NCBI RefSeq assembly: GCF_009914755.1
Contig: NC_060937.1
DNA: 64,000 bases
Direction: 5' to 3' (one strand)
DNA from: the human T2T-CHM13v2.0 reference genome, Homo sapiens
A program made the position numbers and the translations under genes. Below, piece after piece: positions 14,271 through 28,700 of the stretch; within the stretch, counting starts at the first letter, position 1; every line of letters starts with the position of its first letter. The notes under the pieces were generated by a model. It did no database searches and was not told the origin of the DNA. It saw only the letters and a program-made list of their open reading frames with translations.

Positions 14271-17200
14271 ATATCAAAGTACCAAAGGTATATATTCTAT
14301 ACTGTACAAAAAATATCAAAGTACCCAAACATGTATTATATACTGTAAATGAAATATGAAAGTACATCAAATATATATTTTATTCTGTACATAAAATATC
14401 AAAGTACACCAAATATATATTCTATAGTGTACATAAAATATCAAAGTACCCAAACTATACATTATATACTGTACATAAAATATGAAATTACATCAAATAT
14501 ATATTATATTAGGTACATAAAATGTGAAAGTACATCAAATATAGATTATATACTGTACATAAAATACCAAAGTACCCCAAATATATATTTTATACTGTAC
14601 ATGAAATATCAATGTTCACAAACTATATATTATATACTGTACATAAAATATCAAAATACTCAAGGCATATATTCTATACTGTACAAAAAATATCAAAGTA
14701 CCCAAAGCATTTATTATATACTGTACATAAAATATGAAAGTACATGAAATATATATTTTATTGTGTACAAACAATATCAAAGTACACCAAATATATATTC
14801 TATACTGTACATAAAATATCAAAGTTCCCAAACTATACATTATATACTGTACATAAAATATGAAATTATATCAAATATATATTAGTTACATAAAATATGA
14901 AAGTACATCAAATATATATTTTATTCTGTACATAAAATATCAAAGTACACCAAATATATATTCTATACTGTACATAAAATATCAAAATACCCAAACTATA
15001 CATTATATACTGTACATAAAATATGAAATTACATCAAATATATATTATGTTATGTAGAGAAAATATGAAAATACATCAAATATAGATTATATACTGTACA
15101 TAAAATACCAAAGTACCCCAAATATATATTTTATACTGTACATGAAATATCAAAGTTCACAAACTATATATTATATACTGTACATAAAATATCAAAGTAC
15201 CCAAGGTATATATTCTATACTGCACAAAAAATATCAAAGTACCCAAAGCATGTATTATATACTGTACATAAAATATGAAAGTACATCAAATAAATATTTT
15301 ATTCTGTACATAAAATATCAAAGTACACCAAATATATATTCTATAGTGTACATAAAATATCAAAGTACCCAAACTATACATTATAAACTGTACATAAAAT
15401 ATGAAATTATATCAAATATATACTATATTATGTACATAAAATATGAAAGTACATCAAATATAGATTATATACTGTACATGAAATACCAAAGTACCCCAAA
15501 TAAATATTTTATACTGTACATGCAATATCAAAGTTCACAAACTATATATTATATACTGTACATAAAATATCAATGTACCCAAGGTATATATTCTATACTG
15601 TACAAAAAATATAAAAGTACCCAAAACATGTATTATATACTGTACATAAAATATGAAAGTACATCAAATATATATTTTATTCTGTACATAAAATATCAAA
15701 GTACACCAAATATATATTCTATAGTGTACATAAAATATCAAAGTACCCAAACTATACATTATATCCTGTACATAAAATATGAAATTACATCAAATATATA
15801 TTATAATAGGTACATAAAATATGAAAGTACATCAAATATAAATTATATACTGTACATAAAATACCAAAGAACCCCAAATATATATTATATACTGTACATG
15901 AAATATCAAAGTTCACAAACTATATATTATATACTGTATATAAAATATCAAAGTACCCAAGGTATATATTCTATACTGTACAAAAAATATCAAAGTACCC
16001 AAAGCATGTATTACATACTGTTCATAAAATATGAAAGTACATCAAATATATATTTTATTCTGTACATAAAATATCAAAGTACACCAAATATATATTCTAT
16101 AGTGTACATTAAATATCAAAGTACCCAAACTATACATTATATACTGTACATAAAATATGAAATTACATAAAATATACATTATATTAGGTACATAAAATAT
16201 GAAAGTACATCAAATATAGATTATATACTGTACATAAAATAGCAAAGTACCCCAAATACATATTATATACTGTACATGAAATATCAAAGTTCACAAACTA
16301 TATATTATATACTGTACATAAAATATCAAAGTACCAAAAGTATATATTCTATACTGTACAAAAAATATCAAAGTACCCAAAGCATGTATTATATACTGTA
16401 CATAAAATATGAAAGTACATCAAATATATATTTTATTCTGTACATAAAATATCAAAGTACACCAAATATATATTCTATAGTGTACATAAAATATCAAAGT
16501 ACCCAAACTATACATTATATACTGTACATAAAATATGAAATTACATCAAATATATATTATATTAGGTACATAAAATATGAAAGTACATCAAATATATATT
16601 ATATACTCTACATAAAATACCAAAGTACCCCAAATACATATTATATACTGTACATGCAATATCAAAGTTCACACACTATATATTATATACTGTACATAAA
16701 ATATCAAAGTACCGAAGCTATATATTCTATACTGTACAAAAAATATCAAAGTACCCAAAGCATGTATTATATACTGTACATAAAATATGAAAGTACATCA
16801 AATATATGTTTAATTCTGTACATAAAATATCAAAGTACACCAAATATATATTCTATAGTGTACATAAAATATCAAAGTACCCAAACTATACATTATATAC
16901 TGTACATAAAATATGAAATTACATCAAATATATATTATGTTATGTACAGAAAATATGAAAATACATCAAATATAGGTTATATACTGTACATAAAATACCA
17001 AAGTACCCCAAATATATATTTTATACTGTACATGAAATATCAAAGTTCACAAACTATATATTATATACTGTACATAAAGTATCAAAGTACTCAAGTTATA
17101 TATTCTATACTGTACAAAAAATATCAAAGTACCCAAAGCATGTATTATATACTGTACATAAAATATGAAAGTACATGAAATATATATTTTATTCTGTACA

Positions 17201-19749
17201 TAAAATATCAAAGTACACCAAATATATATTCTATACTGTACATAAAATATCAAAGTACCCAAACTATACCTTATATACTGTACATAAAATATGAAATTAT
17301 ATCAAATATATATTATATTAGGTACATAAAATATGAAAGTACATCAAATATAGATTATATACTGTACATAAAATACCAAAGTACCCCAAATATATATTTT
17401 ATACTGTACATGAAATATCAAAGTACACAAACTATATATTATATACTGTACATAAAATATCAAAGTACCCAAGGTATATATTCTATACTGTACAAAAAAT
17501 ATCAAAGTACCCAAACATGTATTATATACTGTACATGAAATATGAAAGTACATCAAATATATATTTTATTCTGTACATAAAATATCAAAGTACACCAAAT
17601 ATATATTCTATAGTGTACATAAAATATCAAAGTACCCAAACTATACCTTATATACTGTACATGAAATATGAAATTACATCAAATATATATTATATTAGGT
17701 ACATAAAATATGAAAGTACATCAAATATAGATTATATACTGTACATAAAATACCAAAGTACCCCAAATATATATTTTATACTGTACATGAAATATCAAAG
17801 TTCACAAACTATATATTATATACTGTATATAAAATATCAAAGTACCCAAGGTATATATTCTATACTGTACAAAAAATATCAAAGTACCCAAAGCATGTAT
17901 TATATACTGTACATAAAATATGAAAGTACATCAAATATATATTTAATTCTGTACATAAAATATCAAAGTACACCAAATATATATTCTATAGTGTACATAA
18001 AATATCAAAGTACCCAAACTATACATTATATACTGTACATAAAATATGAAATTACATCAAATATATATTACATTAGGTACATAAAATATGAAAGTACATC
18101 AAATATAGATTATATACTGTACATAAAATACCAAAGTAACCCAAATACATATTATATACTGTACATGCAATATCAAAGTTCACAAACTATATATTATATA
18201 CTGTACATAAAATATCAAAGTACTCAAGTTATATATTCTATACTGTACAAAAAATATCAAAGTACCCAAAGCATATATTATATACTGTACATAAAATATG
18301 AAAGTACATGAAATATATATTTTATTCTGTACATAAAATATCAAAGTACACCAAATATATATTCTATACTGTACATAAAATATCAAAGTACCCAAACTAT
18401 ACCTTATATACTGTACATAAAATATGAAATTACATCAAATATATATTATATTAGGTACATAAAATATGAAAGTACATCAAATATAGATTATATACTGTAC
18501 ATAAAATACCAAAGTACCCCAAATATATATTTTATACTGTACACGAAATATCAAAGTACACAAACTATATATTATATACTGTACGTAAAATATCAAAGTA
18601 CCCAAGGTATATATTCTATACTGTACAAAAAATATCAAAGTACCCAAACATGTATTATATACTGTACATGAAATATGAAAGTACATCAAATATATATTTT
18701 ATTCTGTACATAAAATATCAAAGTACACCAAATATATATTCTATAGTGTACATAAAATATCAAAGTACCCAAACTATACCTTATATACTGTACATGAAAT
18801 ATGAAATTACATCAAATATATATTATATTAGGTACATAAAATATGAAAGTACTTCAAATATAGATTATATACTGTACATAAAATACCAAAGTACCCCAAA
18901 TATATATTTTATACTGTACATGAAATATCAAAGTTCACAAACTATATATTATATACTGTACATAAAATATCAAAGTACTCAAGTTATATATTCTATACTG
19001 TACAAAAAATATGAAAGTACCCAAAGCATGTATTATATACTGTACATAAAATATGAAAGTACATGAAATATATATTTTATTCTGTACATAAAATATCAAA
19101 GTACACCAAATATATATTCTATACTGTACATAAAATATCAAAGTACCCAAACTATACCTTATATACTGTACATAAAATATGAAATTACATCAAATATATA
19201 TTATATTAGGTACATAAAATATGAAAGTACATCAAATATAGATTATATACTGTACATAAAATACCAAAGTACCCCAAATATATATTTTATACTGTACATG
19301 AAATATCAAAGTACACAAACTATATATTATATACTGTACATAAAATATCAAAGTACCCAAGGTATATATTCTATACTGTACAAAAAATATCAAAGTACCC
19401 AAACATGTATTATATACTGTACATGAAATATGAAAGTACATCAAATATATATTTTATTCTGTACATAAAATATCAAAGTACACCAAATATATATTCTATA
19501 GTGTACATAAAATATCAAAGTACCCAAACTATACCTTATATACTGTACATGAAATACGAAATTACATCAAATATATATTATATTAGGTACATAAAATATG
19601 AAAGTACATCAAATATAGATTATATACTGTACATAAAATACCAAAGTACCCCAAATATATATTTTATACTGTACATGAAATATCAAAGTTCACAAACTAT
19701 ATATTATATACTGTATATAAAATATCAAAGTACCCAAGGTATATATTCT

Positions 19750-22700
19750 ATACTGTACAAAAAATATCAAAGTACCCAAAGCATGTATTATATACTGTAC
19801 ATAAAATATGAAAGTACATCAAATATATATTTAATTCTGTACATAAAATATCAAAGTACACCAAATATATATTCTATAGTGTACATAAAATATCAAAGTA
19901 CCCAAACTATACATTATATACTGTACATAAAATATGAAATTACATCAAATATATATTACATTAGGTACATAAAATATGAAAGTACATCAAATATAGATTA
20001 TATACGGTACATAAAATACCAAAGTAACCCAAATACATATTATATACTGTACATGCAATATCAAAGTTCACAAACTATATATTATATACTGTACATAAAA
20101 TATCAAAGTACCCAAGGTACATATTCTATACTCTACAAAAAATATCAAAGTACGCAAAGCATGTATTATATACTGTACATAAAATATGAAAGTACATCAA
20201 ATATATATTTTATTCTGTACATAAGATATCAAAGTACACCAAATATATATTCTATAGTGTACATAAAATATCAAAGTACCCAAACTATACATTATATCCT
20301 GTACATAAAATATGAAATTACATCAAATATATATTATAATAGGTACATAAAATATGAAAGTACATCAAATATAAATTATATACTGTACATAAAATACCGA
20401 AGAACCCCAAATATATATTATATACTGTACATGAAATATCAAAGTTCACAAACTATATATTATATACTGTATATAAAATATCAAAGTACCCAAGGTATAT
20501 ATTCTATACTGTACAAAAAATATCAAAGTACCCAAAGCATGTATTATATACTGTTCATAAAATATGAAAGTACATCAAATATATATTTTATTCTGTACAT
20601 AAAATATCAAAGTACACCAAATATATATTCTATAGTGTACATTAAATATCAAAGTACCCAAACTATACATTATATACTGTACATAAAATATGAAATTACA
20701 TCAAATATATATTATATTAGGTACATAAAATATGAAAGTACATCAAATATAGATTATATACTGTACATAAAATACCAAAGTACCCCAAATACATATTATA
20801 TACTGTACATGAAATATCAAAGTTCACAAACTATATATTATATACTGTACATAAAATATCAAAGTACCAAAAGTATATATTCTATACTGTACAAAAAATA
20901 TCAAAGTACCCAAAGCATGTATTATATACTGTACATAAAATATGAAAGTACATCAAATATATATTTTATTCTGTACATAAAATATCAAAGTACACCAAAT
21001 ATATATTCTATAGTGTACATAAAATATCAAAGTACCCAAACTATACATTATATACTGTACATAAAATATGAAATTACATCAAATATATATTATATTAGGT
21101 ACATAAAATATGAAAGTACATCAAATATATATTATATACTCTACATAAAATACCAAAGTACCCCAAATACATATTATATACTGTACATGCAATATCAAAG
21201 TTCACACACTATATATTATATACTGTACATAAAATATCAAAGTACCGAAGCTATATATTCTATACTGTACAAAAAATATCAAAGTACCCAAAGCATGTAT
21301 TATATACTGTACATAAAATATGAAAGTACATCAAATATATATTTAATTCTGTACATAAAATATCAAAGTACACCAAATATATATTCTATAGTGTACATAA
21401 AATATCAAAGTACCCAAACTATACATTATATACTGTACATAAAATATGAAATTACATCAAATATATATTATGTTATGTACAGAAAATATGAAAATACATC
21501 AAATATAGGTTATATACTGTACATAAAATACCAAAGTACCCCAAATATATATTTTATACTGTACATGAAATATCAAAGTTCACAAACTATATATTATATA
21601 CTGTACATAAAATATCAAAGTACTGAAGTTATATATTCTATACTGTACAAAAAATATCAAAGTACCCAAAGCATGTATTATATACTGTACATAAAATATG
21701 AAAGTACATGAAATATATATTTTATTCTGTACATAAAATATCAAAGTACACCAAATATATATTCTATACTGTACATAAAATATCAAAGTACCCAAACTAT
21801 ACCTTATATACTGTACATAAAATATGAAATTACATCAAATATATATTATATTAGGTACATAAAATATGAAAGTACATCAAATATAGATTATATACTGTAC
21901 ATAAAATACCAAAGTACCCCAAATATGTATTTTATACTGTACATGAAATATCAAAGTACACAAACTATATATTATATACTGTACATAAAATATCAAAGTA
22001 CCCAAGGTATATATTCTATACTGTACAAAAAATATCAAAGTACCCAAACATGTATTATATACTGTACATGAAATATGAAAGTACATCAAATATATATTTT
22101 ATTCTGTACATAAAATATCAAAGTACACCAAATATATATTCTATAGTGTACATAAAATATCAAAGTACCCAAACTATACCTTATATACTGTACATGAAAT
22201 ATGAAATTACATCAAATATATATTATATTAGGTACATAAAATATGAAAGTACATCAAATATAGATTATATACTGTACATAAAATACCAAAGTACCCCAAA
22301 TATATATTTTATACTGTACATGAAATATCAAAGTTCACAAACTATATATTATATACTGTACATAAAATATCAAAGTACCCAAGGTATATATTCTATACTG
22401 TACAAAAAATATCAAAGTACCCAAACATGTATTATATACTGTACATGAAATATGAAAGTACATCAAATATATATTTTATTCTGTACATAAAATATCAAAG
22501 TACACCAAATATATATTCTATAGTGTACATAAAATATAAAAGTACCCAAACTATACCTTATATACTGTACATAAAATATGAAATTACATCAAATATATAT
22601 TATATTAGGTACATAAAATATGAAAGTACTTCAAATATAGATTATATACTGTACATAAAATACCAAAGTACCCCAAATATATATTTTATACTGTACATGA

Positions 22701-25700
22701 AATATCAAAGTTCACAAACTATATATTATATACTGTACATAAAATATCAAAGTACTCAAGTTATATGTTCTATACTGCACAAAAAATATCAAAGTACCCA
22801 AAGCATGTATTATATACTGTACATAAAATATGAAAGTACATGAAATATATATTTTATTCTGTACATAAAATATCAAAGTACACCAAATATATATTCTATA
22901 GTGTACATAAAATATCAAAGTACCCAAACTATACCTTATATACTGTACATAAAATATGAAATTACATCAAATATATATTATATTAGGTACATAAAATATG
23001 AAAGTACATCAAATATAGATTATATACTGTACATAAAATACCAAAGTACCCCAAATATATATTTTATACTGTACATGAAATATCAAAGTTCACAAACTAT
23101 ATATTATATACTGTACATAAAATATCAAAGTACCCAAGGTATATATTCTATACTGTACAAAAAATATCAAAGTACCCAAACATGTATTATATACTGTACA
23201 TGAAATATGAAAGTACATCAAATATATATTTTATTCTGTACATAAAATATCAAAGTACACCAAATATATATTCTATAGTGTACATAAAATATCAAAGTAC
23301 CCAAACTATACCTTATATACTGTACATAAAATATGAAATTACATCAAATATATATTATATTAGGTACATAAAATATGAAAGTACATCAAATATAGATTAT
23401 ATACTGTACATAAAATACCAAAGTACCCCAAATACATATTTTATACTGTGCATGAAATATCAAAGTTCACAAACTATATATTATATACTGTACATAAAAT
23501 ATCAAAGTACCCAAGGTATATATTCTATACTGTACAAAAAATATCAAAGTACCCAAACATGTATTATATACTGTACATGAAATATGAAAGTACATCAAAT
23601 ATATATTTTATTCTGTTCATAAAATATCAAAGTACACCAAATATATATTCTATAGTGTACATAAAATATCAAAGTACCCAAACTATACCTTATATACTGT
23701 ACATAAAATATGAAATTACATCAAATATATATTATATTAGGTACATAAAATATGAAAGTACATCAAATATAGATTATATACTGTACATAAAATACCAAAG
23801 TACCCCAAATATATATTTTATACTGTACATGAAATATCAAAGTTCACAAACTATATATTATATACTGTACATAAAATATCAAAGTACCCAAGGTATATAT
23901 TCTATACTGTACAAAAAATATCAAAGTACCCAAACATGTATTATATACTGTACATGAAATATGAAAGTACATCAAATATATATTTTATTCTGTACATAAA
24001 ATATCAAAGTACACCAAATATATATTCTATAGTGTACATAAAATATCAAAGTACCCAAACTATACCTTATATACTGTACATAAAATATGAAATTACATCA
24101 AATATATATTATATTAGGTACATAAAATATGAAAGTACATCAAATATAGATTATATACTGTACATGAAATACCAAAGTACCCCAAATATATATTTTATAC
24201 TGTACATGAAATATCAAAGTTCACAAACTATATATTATATACTGTACATAAAATATCAAAGTACCCAAGGTATATATTCTATACTGTATAAAAAATATCA
24301 AAGTACCCAAACATGTATTATATACTGTACATGAAATATGAAAGTACATCAAATATATATTTTATTCTGTACATAAAATATCAAAGTACACCAAATATAT
24401 ATTCTATAGTGTACATAAAATATCAAAGTACCCAAACTATACCTTATATACTGTACATAAAATATGAAATTACATCAAATATATATTATATTAGGTACAT
24501 AAAATATGAAAGTACATCAAATATAGATTATATACTGTACATGAAATACCAAAGTACCCCAAATATATATTTTATACTGTACATGAAATATCAAAGTTCA
24601 CAAACTATATATTATATACTGTACATAAAATATCAAAGTACCCAAGGTATATATTCTATACTGTACAAAAAATATCAAAGTACCCAAACATGTATTATAT
24701 ACTGTACATGAAATATGAAAGTACATCAAATATATATTTTATTCTGTACATAAAATATCAAAGTACACCAAATATATATTCTATAGTGTACATAAAATAT
24801 CAAAGTACCCAAACTATACATTATATTCTGTACATAAAATATGAAATTACATCAAATATATATTAGTTACATAAAATATGAAAGTACATCAAATATAGAT
24901 TATATACTGTACATAAAATACCAAAGTACCCCAAATAAATATTTTATACTGTACATGAAATATCAAAGTTCACAAACTATATATTATATACTGCACATAA
25001 AATATCAAAGTACCCAAGTTATATATTCTATACTGTACAAAAAATATCAAAGTACCCAAAGCATGTATTATATACTGTACATAAAATATGAAAGTACATC
25101 AAATATATATTTTATTCTGTACATAAAATATCAAAGGACACCAAATATATATTCTATATTATACATAAAATATCAAAGTACCCAAACTATACATTATATA
25201 CTGTACATAAAATATGAAACTACATCAAATATATATTATAATAGGTACATAAAATATGAAAGTACATCAAATATAAATTATATACTGTACATAAAATACC
25301 AAAGAACACCAAATATATATTATATACTGTACATGAAATATCAAAGTTCACAAACTATATATTATATACTGTATATAAAATATCAAAGTACCCAAGGTAT
25401 ATATTCTGTACTGTATAAAAAATATCAAAGTACCGAAAGCATGTATTATATACTGTTCATAAAATATGAAAGTTCATCAAATATATATTTTATTCTGTAC
25501 ATAAAATATGAAAGTACACCAAATATATATTCTATAGTGTACATAAAATATCAAAGTACCCAAACTATACATTATATACTGTACATAAAATATGAAATTA
25601 CATCAAATATATATTATATTAGGTACATAAAATATGAAAGTACATCAAATATAAATTATATACTGCACATAAAATATCAAAGTACCTCAAATATATATTA

Positions 25701-28700
25701 TATACTGTACATGAAATATCAAAGTTCACAAACAATATATTATATACTGTACATAAAATATCAAAGTACCCAAGGTATATATTCTATACTGTACAAAAAA
25801 TATAAAAGTACCCAAAACATGTATTATATACTGTACATAAAATATGAAAGTACATCAAATATATATTTTATTCTGTACATAAAATATCAAAGTACACCAA
25901 ATATATATTCTATAGTGTACATAAAATATCAAAGTACCCAAACTATACATTATATACTGTACATAAAATATGAAATTACATCAAATATATATTATAATAG
26001 GTACATAAAATATGAAAGTACATCAAATATAAATTATGTACTGTACATAAAATACCAAAGAACCCCAAATATATATTATATACTGTACATGAAATATCAA
26101 AGTTCACAAACTATATATTATATACTGTATATAAAATATCAAAGTACCCAAGGTATATATTCTATACTGTACAAAAAATATCAAAGTACCCAAAGCATGT
26201 ATTATATACTGTTCATAAAATATGAAAGTACATCAAATATATATTTTATTCTGTACATAAAATATCAAAGTACACCAAATATATATTCTATAGTGTACAT
26301 TAAATATCAAAGTACCCAAACTATACATTATATACTGTACATAAAATATGAAATTACATCAAATATATATTATATTAGGTACATAAAATATGAAAGTACA
26401 TCAAATATAGATTATATACTGTACATAAAATACCAAAGTACCCCAAATACATATTATATACTGTACATGAAATATCAAAGTTCACAAACTATATATTATA
26501 TACTGTACATAAAATATCAAAGTACCAAAAGTATATATTCTATACTGTACAAAAAATATCAAAGTACCCAAAGCATGTATTATATACTGTACATAAAATA
26601 TGAAAGTACATCAAATATATATTTTATTCTGTACATAAAATATCAAAGTACACCAAATATATATTCTATAGTGTACATAAAATATCAAAGTACCCAAACT
26701 ATACATTATATACTGTACATAAAATATGAAATTACATCAAATATATATTATATTAGGTACATAAAATATGAAAGTACATCAAATATATATTATATACTCT
26801 ACATAAAATACCAAAGTACTCCAAATACATATTATATACTGTACATGCAATATCAAAGTTCACACACTATATATTATATACTGTCCATAAAATATCAAAG
26901 TACCGAAGCTATATATTCTATACTGTACAAAAAATATCAAAGTACCCAAAGCATGTATTATATACTGTACATAAAATATGAAAGTACATCAAATATATGT
27001 TTAATTCTGTACATAAAATATCAAAGTACACCAAATATATATTCTATAGTGTACATAAAATATGAAAGTACCCAAACTATACATTATATACTGTACATAA
27101 AATATGAAATTACATCAAATATATATTACATTAGGTACATAAAATATGAAAGTACATCAAATATAGATTATATACTGTACATAAAATACCAAAGTAACCC
27201 AAATACATATTATATACTGTACATGCAATATCAAAGTTCACAAACTATATATTATATACTGTACATAAAATATCAAAGTACCCAAGGTACATATTCTATA
27301 CTCTACAAAAAATATCAAAGTACGCAAAACATGTATTATATACTGTACATAAAATATGAAAGTACATCAAATATATATTTTATTCTGTACATAAGATATC
27401 AAAGTACACCAAATATATATTCTATAGTGTACATAAAATATCAAAGTACCCAAACTATACATTATATCCTGTACATAAAATATGAAATTACATCAAATAT
27501 ATATTATAATAGGTACATAAAATATGAAAGTACATCAAATATAAATTATATACTGTACATAAAATACCAAAGAACCCCAAATATATATTATATACTGTAC
27601 ATGAAATATCAAAGTTCACAAACTATATATTATATACTGTATATAAAATATCAAAGTACCCAAGGTATATATTCTATACTGTACAAAAAATATCAAAGTA
27701 CCCAAAGCATGTATTATATACTGTTCATAAAATATGAAAGTACATCAAATATATATTTTATTCTGTACATAAAATATCAAAGTACACCAAATATATATTC
27801 TATAGTGTACATTAAATATCAAAGTACCCAAACTATACATTATATACTGTACATAAAATATGAAATTACATCAAATATATATTATATTAGGTACATAAAA
27901 TATGAAAGTACATCAAATATAGATTATATACTGTACATAAAATACCAAAGTACCCCAAATACATATTATATACTGTACATGAAATATCAAAGTTCACAAA
28001 CTATATATTATATACTGTACATAAAATATCAAAGTACCAAAAGTATATATTCTATACTGTACAAAAAATATCAAAGTACCCAAAGCATGTATTATATACT
28101 GTACATAAAATATGAAAGTACATCAAATATATATTTTATTCTGTACATAAAATATCAAAGTACACCAAATATATATTCTATAGTGTACATAAAATATCAA
28201 AGTACCCAAACTATACATTATATACTGTACATAAAATATGAAATTACATCAAATATATATTATATTAGGTACATAAAATATGAAAGTACATCAAATATAT
28301 ATTATATACTCTACATAAAATACCAAAGTACCCCAAATACATATTATATACTGTACATGCAATATCAAAGTTCACACACTATATATTATATACTGTCCAT
28401 AAAATATCAAAGTACCGAAGCTATATATTCTATACTGTACAAAAAATATCAAAGTACCCAAAGCATGTATTATATACTGTACATAAAATATGAAAGTACA
28501 TCAAATATATATTTAATTCTGTACATAAAATATCAAAGTACACCAAATATATATTCTATAGTGTACATAAAATATCAAAGTACCCAAACTATACATTGTA
28601 TACTGTACATAAAATATGAAATTACATCAAATATATATTATGTTATGTACAGGAAATATGAAAATACATCAAATATAGGTTATATACTGTACATAAAATA

